A model generated the notes under the pieces. The model ran no database searches and was not told the DNA's origin. It was given only the letters and a program-made list of their open reading frames with translations. A program made the translations under genes and the position numbers. From positions 856-64,855 of the forward strand of contig JACPJN010000006.1 of the NCBI GenBank assembly GCA_016187515.1: a DNA stretch of 64,000 nucleotides, written 5' to 3'. Below are positions 35,757-43,904 of this stretch, one piece after another (the first letter of the stretch is position 1; each line of letters begins with the position of its first letter). This DNA comes from Candidatus Uhrbacteria bacterium. GTDB lineage: Bacteria > Patescibacteriota > Patescibacteriia > GWA2-47-26.

Positions 35757-36803
35757 CTATGTTACTCTCTTTCCCTGCATATTCAATTTATCCCCCACCC
35801 ACACAGCCGCAAGCGCCAACGGACGCACCCAATCAAGTAATTCCCCCTCCCACCATGGACGATGTTTTCTAAAATATTGCACCATTGAGCGCGTCATCAT
35901 TTTTTGCTTCGGATACAAGCGCACTTGCTTAAAACTCTGTCCCACATAATCCACGGCCTTGACTGTCGGCGTGTAAGCCACTTCATAACCGGCCTCAATT
36001 GCGCGTTTGCAAAAATCCACTTCTTCAAACCAAATAAAAAATCCTTCATCCAGCATGCCGATTTTATCCAAAAGTTCCCGCCGAATCATAAAGAAAGACC
36101 CGCGAATGGAATCCACCCGCGCTTCTTTACTATAATCAAAATCTTGCATCATATAATGGTCAAGTACTTTTGGAAAAAAATGTGGTACTTTGAGCATAAT
36201 AGCAAGCTGATCTTTGATTGTGGGGAACCTGCGCACGTGGGGGACAGTGACGTAGTCATCTATTTCGTAACTCCCCCTACCCCCTCTTACCCTAAGCGGG
36301 GGTACCGCTCGATCTCCCTCCCTTAAGGTAAGGGAGGGAGGGGGTGGGTTATGAATCGGCGACACCAACCAACACCCTGCTACTCCGACCTTCGCATTTA
36401 CAGGATCATCCATAAACCGTACCATCCCCTCCAATGTCCCCTGAAATACCCGCATATCCGGATTCAGAAGAAGCACATAGCGACCTTGCGAAAGCCGAAT
36501 CGCTTGATTGTTGGCTTTTGCAAAACCAGCATTAAAATCATTGGCAATCACATGTACGGACGGAAATTCCTGCTCCACCATTTGTACTGTCCCATCTTTT
36601 GAAGCATTATCAACCACAAAAACTTCGTAGGTTAAAGAGCCCCCTCCCCTAGCCCCTCCCACCGAGGGAGGGGAATTTCCAATGATTTCCTCCCCCTTGA
36701 TGGGGGAGGATGAAGGAGGGGGTGTGGTTTCCTCCACCGACCTCAAACACTCCCTTAACTTTTCCTTGACGTTCCAACTGACGATAACAATTGATAAATC
36801 CAT
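35757..36803 (-). CDS. Family 2 glycosyltransferase with three in-frame repeat insertions
   Basis: MDLSIVIVSWNVKEKL...FVVDNASKDGT GT2 motifs. Inserts at 36269-36354 and 36639-36730. Confidence 0.8.
   Translation of the reverse strand: MDLSIVIVSWNVKEKLRECLRSVEETTPPPSSSPIKGEEIIGNSPPSVGGARGGGSLTYEVFVVDNASKDGTVQMVEQEFPSVHVIANDFNAGFAKANNQAIRLSQGRYVLLLNPDMRVFQGTLEGMVRFMDDPVNAKVGVAGCWLVSPIHNPPPPSLTLREGDRAVPPLRVRGGRGSYEIDDYVTVPHVRRFPTIKDQLAIMLKVPHFFPKVLDHYMMQDFDYSKEARVDSIRGSFFMIRRELLDKIGMLDEGFFIWFEEVDFCKRAIEAGYEVAYTPTVKAVDYVGQSFKQVRLYPKQKMMTRSMVQYFRKHRPWWEGELLDWVRPLALAAVWVGDKLNMQGKRVT
36269..36354. repeat. Inverted pair of hairpin units in GT2 35757..36803
   Basis: Nearly identical to the pair at 32773-32857 (ACTCCCCCTACCCCCTCTTACCCTAAGCGGGGG...CTCCCTCCCTTAAGGTAAGGGAGGGAGGGGGTGGGTTATGA). 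Confidence 0.85.
36639..36730. repeat. Variant hairpin element (TCCTCCCCCTTGATGGGGGAGGA type) in GT2; second copy at 43037-43133 in GT4
   Basis: GCCCCCTCCCCTAGCCCCTCCCACCGAGGGAGGGGAATTTCC...TCCTCCCCCTTGATGGGGGAGGATGAAGGAGGGGGTG. Both copies encode ...SSPIKGEE.... Confidence 0.85.
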
Positions 36804-36867
36804 AAATGTTTACCTACTATATCCGAAATCTGTTTTTTGGTCAACCCGCCTTAACTCTCCTAAATCT

Positions 36868-36925
36868 GCCATAAACAAATTATGTCAACTATGAGCGATC
36901 GTTTATAATTGACATAATTTAAAAT
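36868..36925. promoter_or_regulatory. AT-rich palindrome AAATTATGTCAA(N26)TTGACATAATTT upstream of the GT2 gene, plus a TTGACC-17-TATAGT promoter closer to the start
   Basis: Inverted 12-bp arms centred near 36895. On the minus strand a sigma-70-like TTGACC(17)TATAGT lies ~13-40 nt upstream of ATG 36803. Confidence 0.4.
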
Positions 36926-37021
36926 ACCAAAATTAATTAAAATAGCCGGCGCCTTGAGCATGTCGCGTGACATGCTTTGGGCACCGGCCGCCTCCTGAAG
37001 AACAACCTTTGTGAGCCTTCG

Positions 37022-37633
37022 CTAGAGTACCGCGAGCAGCAGCACTAGTGCGAGATGCTCGTTGACCTCGCCTTCGCGCAGAGCCTCATCCAGCTCGTCT
37101 CGCTTGAGCCACATCTCGTTGTCGGCGAGCTCAAACGTGTGCGGGCTAACCCGCACTACCGCGTAGCGGTTCTCCTTGCCGATGAACCGTCCGCCATCCA
37201 TGGTGAGCCTCACCCACTCGATCTCCTTCCCGTCGAGAAGCTCTGCCCGCGGCGGACGCTTGCCTCCATGGGCTTGCTGCAGGTTCGACCACGAGGCCTG
37301 CAAAGGCGGCCCGAGAAGAACATGCCCGGGTTTGGTAGTATTGCCGGGCTCCTGGCGCGCCGCGACAAGGAAATACCCCAGATCAAACAAGGATTGAAAC
37401 AGAACTACCGCGCCCTCTCCGACTTCTTGGAGAAGCGGCTGATTCCATTCCCTTACCTCACGCTGCGCCACCACATGCACCCCTACGAGGTTGAAGAATC
37501 CGCCATCCGGACGACCGAATCGCGCTCCCCCATCCTGCAGACCCCAGGGCTGCGCTTCGGAGAGGGGAACCACCGTTGCGGACATCTGCGATTTTGCTCG
37601 CTGCTCGGCAAGCCAATCCTGCCAATTGGACAT
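37022..37633 (-). CDS. NDP-hexose 2,3-dehydratase-like protein (single ~200-aa domain)
   Basis: Motifs FGRPDGGFF...VREWNQPLL...AARQEPGNTTKPGHVLLGPPLQASWSNLQQAHGG parallel the conserved QAKAEPGN...PTVQAT.SNY core of EvaA/EryBVI-type dehydratases. GC-rich relative to neighbours. Confidence 0.55.
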   Translation of the reverse strand: MSNWQDWLAEQRAKSQMSATVVPLSEAQPWGLQDGGARFGRPDGGFFNLVGVHVVAQREVREWNQPLLQEVGEGAVVLFQSLFDLGYFLVAARQEPGNTTKPGHVLLGPPLQASWSNLQQAHGGKRPPRAELLDGKEIEWVRLTMDGGRFIGKENRYAVVRVSPHTFELADNEMWLKRDELDEALREGEVNEHLALVLLLAVL

Positions 37634-37677
37634 TGTCTACTCCTTTTCTAGGCGTTTTTGCCTATGGCTACCATATA

Positions 37678-38607
37678 CTACGCCATGTTTTTTGTCAAGA
37701 ATTCTTTTAGCGCCTCTTGCCACGGTCGCAGAGGCGGCAGTTTGGTATTGAAGAGTACGACACGCGCTGGTCGGCGGGCTTTGCGGGGAAAGTGGTCTGG
37801 ACCGACTGGCACGACTTCCACATTGGAAAGGCCGGCGTATTCCAGCGCGGCTTTGGCATACTCATACCAAGTGCAGGAACCGGAATTGGTGAGGTGATAG
37901 ATGCCTGAGGGGTGTGGTTGTCGTAACCCCTCCTTCGCCCCGCCATCTGGCGGTGGCTCACCTCCCCTTACCCTAAGGGGAGAAAGACCGAGGAGAGTAA
38001 GTGTGGCTTGCGCTAAATCCTTCACATACGTCGGGCTTCCGGCTTCGGCATCAACCGCTTCCACTTTCCCCTTTTCACGCGCGATTTTAATCATCATTTC
38101 CGGAAAACTTTTTTTGCTCGTCTCCCCAGTACCGGGGGGGCCGAAAAGTTTGGAGGTACGGATGAGGTACCAGGGGGTAAGTGAGTAAGTTAGTAAGTGA
38201 GTAAGTAATTTTTGCTCTCCCAACGCCTTAGATTGGCCGTATACGGAAATGGGGCCAGGAAGATCTTCCTCATGGTACCCGTCAGTACGCGTACCACTAA
38301 ACACGTAATCCGTGGAAAAATGCACAAACGTCGCGCCGCACTCTGCTGCCGCGCGCGCTAAGTATCCTACGGCTTCGCCGTTGATCGCCATCGCCACCTG
38401 CGGTTCGTCTTCCGCTTTGTCCACGTTATTGTACGCCGCACAATTCAAAATTACGCTCGGCTGGAGCGCGTTTATTTTATTCATAACTGCTTGTTCGCTG
38501 GTAATATCAATATCTTCGCGCGTCCAACCCACCACGTCTTGGCCGCGCAGTTGCCTCATGAATTCTTGGCCCAGCATTCCATGACCTCCTATAATGAGGA
38601 TCTTCAT
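37678..38607 (-). CDS. rmlD: dTDP-4-dehydrorhamnose reductase
   Basis: MKILIIGGHGMLGQE Rossmann N-terminus and RmlD-type catalytic YxxxK region. Start at ATG 38607. In-frame hairpin insert at 37908-37984. Confidence 0.75.
   Translation of the reverse strand: MKILIIGGHGMLGQEFMRQLRGQDVVGWTREDIDITSEQAVMNKINALQPSVILNCAAYNNVDKAEDEPQVAMAINGEAVGYLARAAAECGATFVHFSTDYVFSGTRTDGYHEEDLPGPISVYGQSKALGEQKLLTHLLTYSLTPWYLIRTSKLFGPPGTGETSKKSFPEMMIKIAREKGKVEAVDAEAGSPTYVKDLAQATLTLLGLSPLRVRGGEPPPDGGAKEGLRQPHPSGIYHLTNSGSCTWYEYAKAALEYAGLSNVEVVPVGPDHFPRKARRPARVVLFNTKLPPLRPWQEALKEFLTKNMA
37908..37984. repeat. Hairpin unit pair in rmlD
   Basis: GGGGTGTGGTTGTCGTAACCCCTCCTTCGCCCCGCCATCTGGCGGTGGCTCACCTCCCCTTACCCTAAGGGGAG. 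Confidence 0.8.
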
Positions 38608-38694
38608 AACGTAAACTTGATGGCCACTGATGGTGACGGATGGCCACGGGATCACGGATCTGTGATCTGTGGCTATCCTGTCTTCTATCCGTGG

Positions 38695-39714
38695 CTATCC
38701 GGTCTTAATATGCGGGTTCATGTCTTGCTTTCGAGTGCGTAGTGCCTCCACCCACTCGGTATTTTCCTGATACCACTCTACGGTTTTGCGCAAACCAGCT
38801 TCAAATTTTTCTCGCGGATACTCTGGAATCCATCCCATGCGCATGATTTTGGCAGAATCAATGGCGTAGCGGCGATCATGACCGGGACGATCTTGTACAT
38901 GGCTCATCAGCGACTCGGACTTGCCCAGCATCGTAAGCAGCATTCTCACCACCTCCAAATTTGATCGCTCATTATCCGCGCCAATGTTGTACACCTCACC
39001 CGGCACGCCTTTTTGCAAAAGCAACTCAATCGCGCTCGCATGATCTATGGCATGAATCCAATCGCGCACATATAAACCGTCGCCGTAAATCGGAATCGCC
39101 TCATCTGCCATGGCTTTGAAAATTGTTTGCGGAATAAATTTTTCCGGAAACTGATACGGGCCGTAGTTATTTGAACAATGCGTCACAATCACCGGTGTTT
39201 TGAAGGTTTGAAAGTAAGAACGGCACACGAGATCGCCGCCGGCCTTGCATGCCGCGTAAGGCATATTGGGCGCAAACGGGGTTTCTTCATGAAACAAACG
39301 CTTTTCATCAAGACGCAATGCTCCAAAAACTTCATCGGTTGACACTTGAATAAAAAGCGGCACCTTATATTTTTTAGTGGCTTCGCATAAAACCTGCGGC
39401 CCCATTACATTGGCAGAAATAAAATCCTTGAGTGAACCATGGATCGAACGATCCACATGGGTCTCGGCCGCGAAAGAAATGAGCGCCTCCGGTTTGCTCT
39501 GCTCCACCGCGCGATCCACGGCGTCTTGATCCGCGATATCGCCGCGCACAAGCTTATACCGCGCATCACTGCCAAAATCTTTGAGGTTCAAAGAATTGCC
39601 GGCATAAGTCAGCTTATCAAAATTCACCACGTCCCAATCGTGGTGTTTATTCAAAATATAGCGGATGAAATTGGAACCGATAAATCCGGCTCCGCCGCAG
39701 ACCAGGAGTTTCAT
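38695..39714 (-). CDS. rmlB: dTDP-glucose 4,6-dehydratase
   Basis: MKLLVCGGAGFIGSNF...SDARYKLVRGDI...catalytic YAACKAGGD, with full-length extended SDR architecture. Confidence 0.9.
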   Translation of the reverse strand: MKLLVCGGAGFIGSNFIRYILNKHHDWDVVNFDKLTYAGNSLNLKDFGSDARYKLVRGDIADQDAVDRAVEQSKPEALISFAAETHVDRSIHGSLKDFISANVMGPQVLCEATKKYKVPLFIQVSTDEVFGALRLDEKRLFHEETPFAPNMPYAACKAGGDLVCRSYFQTFKTPVIVTHCSNNYGPYQFPEKFIPQTIFKAMADEAIPIYGDGLYVRDWIHAIDHASAIELLLQKGVPGEVYNIGADNERSNLEVVRMLLTMLGKSESLMSHVQDRPGHDRRYAIDSAKIMRMGWIPEYPREKFEAGLRKTVEWYQENTEWVEALRTRKQDMNPHIKTG

Positions 39715-40127
39715 AGTGATGTCTTAATTTTTTCTGCCAGCGCAACCATCTCCCCTTCTTTATATTCCGTCTGCCCCCAAAGCGCCAGTCCGTCGCCGCG
39801 GCTTCGGGGAATAATATGCAAATGCAGGTGAAAGATCACTTGTCCGGCCGCGGCGCCATTGTTGACTCCCAGATTAAAACCCTCGGCCCCGGTCCCGGAG
39901 ACAACCGCGCGGGCAACCTTTTGAGCGGCCTCCATCATGGCCGAAAGCGCCTCGGGATTGCAATCCATCAGATTCTCACAGTGAATTTTAGGAACCACCA
40001 AGGTGTGTCCCGGACGCACCGGATGAATATCCAAAAATGCTACCACGGCATCATTCTCGTACACTTTCGCGGACGGCAATTCGCCGCTGATAATTTTGCA
40101 AAAAATACAATCTCTCATATCGCGCAA
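39711..40127 (-). CDS. HIT family protein (histidine triad nucleotide hydrolase/transferase)
   Basis: HLHLHIIPR histidine triad. Its start overlaps the rmlB stop by 4 nt. Confidence 0.85.
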   Translation of the reverse strand: MRDMRDCIFCKIISGELPSAKVYENDAVVAFLDIHPVRPGHTLVVPKIHCENLMDCNPEALSAMMEAAQKVARAVVSGTGAEGFNLGVNNGAAAGQVIFHLHLHIIPRSRGDGLALWGQTEYKEGEMVALAEKIKTSL

Positions 40128-40230
40128 GGCAAGTAAATCAAGCGAGACAAGCCCTGTAGTGAAGCTTCGCTCTACTACGGGGCAAGCAAGTCAAGCTGCT
40201 TGATTTACTTGATTTACTTGATTTACCTGA
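40125..40230. repeat. Family B iteron array between HIT and PMT-like genes
   Basis: AAGTAAATCAAGCGAGACA (identical 19-mer to 34509-34527), then an imperfect hairpin, then (CTTGATTTA)x3 CCTGATTCAC. Confidence 0.75.
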
Positions 40231-40231
40231 T

Positions 40232-41899
40232 TCACTCGCCGAGCTTAACTAACTTATACAACCGGTGTCGTCCGGGCAATAGTATCATATCGGCCGCGTA
40301 AAGTCCAGCCCGCCTCCAGAATTGCTCATTTTCTTTGGCCACGTCCATTTCGTTTAGAATCGTCTCGTAATAAAGCGGATAGGGCCGGAGCTCGCGAAAC
40401 TGCTCGGCGGTAAGATCGCGAAATCGCGCGACCACTTCACGGCTGGGAAAAATAATCTTATCCGCGCGGTCAGTAAGAATTATGGAATCGGCCGGCGTAA
40501 GCGAAAGGATATGCTCGCGCACCTTGATATTTTCCCGCAGTACCGCGTTGAGCTCCACTAAATTTTCATCCGAACTCCACAACAGCGTCCGCGCTGAAAA
40601 AAACAAAAAGAAAATGCCAGCGCATACCGCCAGTATTTTTCCAAAACGTCGAAACTGAATTACCCGCAGTCCATAAGCGGCCAGCGGAGTCGTCAATAGA
40701 TAAAGCGGCAAAAAATAACGGGTAAAAGAAGTGCCCAGGGAGGGCAGTAGATCCAAGCGGTCGCGCAAGAGCCATGATCCGTAAAATTGGAGAAAAAATA
40801 GCGTGAGCAAAAGTACTCCCAAACCCCACCAGCGCATCCGCCGCGCGGTGGTACTCTTTCTTAAAAACAGCGCCGCTACACCGATGACGATAAGCAGCGC
40901 GTACCACCAAAACAACCGCGCCAAATATTCCCAGCCCACCTGCGCGGTGCGCGCCAGATCAAATCCAAACGGGGTTACCAGAATGCTTACGGTATCCGCG
41001 AGATTTTTTGGCTGAAACAATTCCGGGTACCCAGTCTTAAACGGACTGCCGTAAAGCCGGTTTTGGAGCGCGAGAATCGCAAAAATTGGAAATAATCCCC
41101 CGAGTGCCAAGGGGATAAGCGCTACGCGCCTGCGCAGCGCGCGCAGCGCAAACACCGCGAAAAATACCGGCGCGAGCCACAACCCTTCCGTAGGCCGCAG
41201 GGTCACGGCGACTCCGGCCATCAGTCCGGCCAAAAATGACGCGGCGCGTTTTTTCACTAGCGGCTGACTCGCGGTGGGATTTTCCTTAAGGATCTCTTGA
41301 TCAGCCGCCCCTCGCTCATGACGCAATCGAACCGTCCGCCCTAAAAAATACAAAGCCAAAATCGTCGTGCTGATAAACAGCGCGTGCGGATAAAAAGGTC
41401 TGGCTCCCCAATAAAGCACGGCGGGATGTAACCCATATAAAATTGCGGAAAACAATCCAATCGTCGCCCCAAAGATCCTTCGGATAAATCCGTACCAAGC
41501 GCCTACCGTAAGACCGGAAAGTATCGCGGTCAGGGCGAGCGTACCGGTCGTCCCCAGCGCTTTGGCCAGGATTCCAAAAAGAGTCGGAAAACTTATAAAG
41601 CCCACCGGAATAAAAGTATTCCCAGCCCTTTTTATGCTGCGCGGCGCTACAAAGGCGGGCGCGTCTTTAATTAAGGTCGGTACGCGCACGCTTGTGGCCT
41701 GCTGCATCTGCCGCGCGAAAAGCGCGTTGGCGGCCTCATCCGGTGAATTATAAATTCCTCTGGGAAATGACAGGGAAACAAAAAAAATAAAAGCGCTGTG
41801 GGCAAGCGCGACCAAGATAACCGCCGCCTTGGAAATTCTTCCGCTTCCCGCGCTGACAAGCGGCGGCTCAAGAGTGCTCAAGCGTTCGGGCATGGACAA
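40232..41899 (-). CDS. Polytopic membrane glycosyltransferase, PMT/ArnT-like (GT39/GT83-type)
   Basis: 555 aa, >10 predicted TM segments. The overall topology and Arg/Asp-containing first loop are typical of dolichyl/undecaprenyl-phosphate-sugar dependent transferases. Confidence 0.5.
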   Translation of the reverse strand: MSMPERLSTLEPPLVSAGSGRISKAAVILVALAHSAFIFFVSLSFPRGIYNSPDEAANALFARQMQQATSVRVPTLIKDAPAFVAPRSIKRAGNTFIPVGFISFPTLFGILAKALGTTGTLALTAILSGLTVGAWYGFIRRIFGATIGLFSAILYGLHPAVLYWGARPFYPHALFISTTILALYFLGRTVRLRHERGAADQEILKENPTASQPLVKKRAASFLAGLMAGVAVTLRPTEGLWLAPVFFAVFALRALRRRVALIPLALGGLFPIFAILALQNRLYGSPFKTGYPELFQPKNLADTVSILVTPFGFDLARTAQVGWEYLARLFWWYALLIVIGVAALFLRKSTTARRMRWWGLGVLLLTLFFLQFYGSWLLRDRLDLLPSLGTSFTRYFLPLYLLTTPLAAYGLRVIQFRRFGKILAVCAGIFFLFFSARTLLWSSDENLVELNAVLRENIKVREHILSLTPADSIILTDRADKIIFPSREVVARFRDLTAEQFRELRPYPLYYETILNEMDVAKENEQFWRRAGLYAADMILLPGRHRLYKLVKLGE

Positions 41900-42485
41900 T
41901 TAAGCTAATAACACCAACGCCAATCGCGCTGATAAAAATCCAAAAGGACGCGTCTCGAAAGATACGCGCGCCGTCAATAATATGGATGAGCAAGAGCGCG
42001 ACTCCAATAACTTGCAGATTCATCTTAATCTTGCCCCATAAATTCGCGGCGCGCACGATCCCTTTATTCTTAAAATATAATCCGGCCAATATTCCAAAAA
42101 ATTCCAGTCCCAGCACAAAACCCGCCAAAACCATACCAAACTCCTGAAACACCAGCATCAATACCGCTCCGCCAATCAAAAATTTATCCGCCACTCCGTC
42201 ATAGATAATTCCCCACAGCGTAATCTGCCGCCGGGTGCGGGCCATCGCGCCGTCAATCGCGTCGGTCAGCGCTACTAAAAGGAAGGCCGCAAGTCCCGCG
42301 GCATAATATTCCTTAAGCAGCAGCCAAAACACTAGCGGGGCAGTTACAAACCGCACCATGGTAACGTGATTGGGTTTGACCGAATACGGAATAATCCGCA
42401 AAATCGTCAGAGCAAAGAGCTTATCGTAAAAAGTGAGTTTAATATTGGAATTAAGCGCTTCGGTCGAAGTTTCACTGCTGGGCAT
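41868..42485 (-). CDS. CDP-alcohol phosphatidyltransferase family protein
   Basis: DAIDGAMARTRRQITLWGIIYDGVADK matches the D-G-x2-A-R...G-x3-D-x3-D signature. Multi-TM. Confidence 0.8.
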   Translation of the reverse strand: MPSSETSTEALNSNIKLTFYDKLFALTILRIIPYSVKPNHVTMVRFVTAPLVFWLLLKEYYAAGLAAFLLVALTDAIDGAMARTRRQITLWGIIYDGVADKFLIGGAVLMLVFQEFGMVLAGFVLGLEFFGILAGLYFKNKGIVRAANLWGKIKMNLQVIGVALLLIHIIDGARIFRDASFWIFISAIGVGVISLIVHARTLEHS

Positions 42486-42497
42486 ATTCCTTATATT

Positions 42498-43886
42498 CTA
42501 ACGCGTTTGTATAGAATTGTAAACCCCGAGGAGTCGATCATAGTAGGCCTCCGGAGCAGACATCTTCGCGCTTTTGGCCGCGCCCTCCGCAAGCGCCTCC
42601 TGCTCTTTACCCATCATCCGCGTTAGTGCGGAAGTCAACGCTTGCGGATCACCCGGAACAACCAGAATTCCATTGACCCCATCCTCCACAATTTCCGGAA
42701 TTGCGCCGATCCGCGAGGCAATTACCGGAACTCCGGAGGAGAAACTCTCCACGATCGCAAGTCCAAACGTCTCGTAGGCGAGTGACGGTACGACCATGGC
42801 CCGTGCGCCTTTCATTAATTCGAAAAGTTCATGATGGGCGACAAATCCTCGGCAGATTATTCCGCGAATCATCTTGGCGGCCCGTTGCGCTTCTTGCTTC
42901 ATACTGCCCCGACCAATAATCTCCAGGCCTGCTCGGGGATTACCCGCGACAAATTGCCGCCAAGCGGAAATAAGCACGCGCAGACCTTTATAGGGTTCGA
43001 GTTGGCCAATAAAAAGGAATCGAACTCCCTCAACATTTCCCCCTCCCCTAACCCCTCCCGCCAAGGGAGGGGGATTTCGTTTGTCTTCCTCCCCCTTGAT
43101 GGGGGAGGATTGAGGAGGGGGTGAGGGGTTATGAACCACGGGATTCGGAATCACCGCTTTTTTCGCCTTTGGAAAAAATCCCGCGCGATTATATTCCTCC
43201 AGCACAAATTGCGAAGGCGCGACCACCGCGTCCGGGCCGCTTAAAAGTTTCCGACATATCGCGCGGTACAAACGCACAACCGGTATCGGATTGCGAATCG
43301 CGTTTTCTTTGCCCCACTCCATATATCCGCGCGGATGCAAAGCGCCAAGATCGTGTAAACCATGGAACCACTTGGGCGTGTAACGTGTAACGTGTAACGT
43401 GTAACGTCGGATTGCTAGCGGAACGGTGTAACCCAGGCCCTTGAGATTGCGGGTAACAATAAGGTCGGGCTGCTCCTCATACAAAATGCGACGTACGACC
43501 AAAAATGTATGCGGATTAAACATATCCACGAGATGCCAGATCAGGCGCAGCAGCGGCGGATATTTTGCAATACTAAAATAAGTAAAAAGATTCAGCGGAG
43601 TGAAACGAAAAATACGGATCGCGCTCCCACCCCTCCTAACCTCCCCTCGGGCAGGGGAGGAAATTGGATCGTTTCTCCCCCTCTCCGAGGGGGAGTTAGA
43701 GGGGGTCCGCATGGATTGCGCTTGCCACGCGCCGGCCAAACTTTTTCCCCCTTCAAACGGCGCGCCGGTAATCACGAACACGGCGTGGCCCGCCTCCGCA
43801 AACGCGCGTGCCGTGGCCTCCGCCACCATCTCTGCCCCGCCGCGCGCATAAGGCGGAAAAATACTGCTAATAATACAAACCTTCAT
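42498..43886 (-). CDS. Family 4 glycosyltransferase with two large in-frame repeat insertions
   Basis: GT-B/GT4 EX7E-region motif ETFGLAIVESFSSGVPVIAS. Inserts at 43037-43133 and 43622-43705. Confidence 0.8.
   Translation of the reverse strand: MKVCIISSIFPPYARGGAEMVAEATARAFAEAGHAVFVITGAPFEGGKSLAGAWQAQSMRTPSNSPSERGRNDPISSPARGEVRRGGSAIRIFRFTPLNLFTYFSIAKYPPLLRLIWHLVDMFNPHTFLVVRRILYEEQPDLIVTRNLKGLGYTVPLAIRRYTLHVTRYTPKWFHGLHDLGALHPRGYMEWGKENAIRNPIPVVRLYRAICRKLLSGPDAVVAPSQFVLEEYNRAGFFPKAKKAVIPNPVVHNPSPPPQSSPIKGEEDKRNPPPLAGGVRGGGNVEGVRFLFIGQLEPYKGLRVLISAWRQFVAGNPRAGLEIIGRGSMKQEAQRAAKMIRGIICRGFVAHHELFELMKGARAMVVPSLAYETFGLAIVESFSSGVPVIASRIGAIPEIVEDGVNGILVVPGDPQALTSALTRMMGKEQEALAEGAAKSAKMSAPEAYYDRLLGVYNSIQTR
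43037..43133. repeat. Variant hairpin element in GT4 (copy of 36639-36730 type)
   Basis: CCCCTCCCCTAACCCCTCCCGCCAAGGGAGGGGGATTTCG...TCCTCCCCCTTGATGGGGGAGGATTGAGGAGGGGGTGAGGGGTTATGA. Confidence 0.85.
43622..43705. repeat. Hairpin-element pair in GT4 (copy of the 4672-4746 M23 insertion, opposite coding orientation)
   Basis: GCTCCCACCCCTCCTAACCTCCCCTCGGGCAGGGGAGGAAATTGG...CTCCCCCTCTCCGAGGGGGAGTTAGAGGGGG. Confidence 0.85.
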
Positions 43887-43904
43887 AAGCGGCGCACGAC
43901 CATT

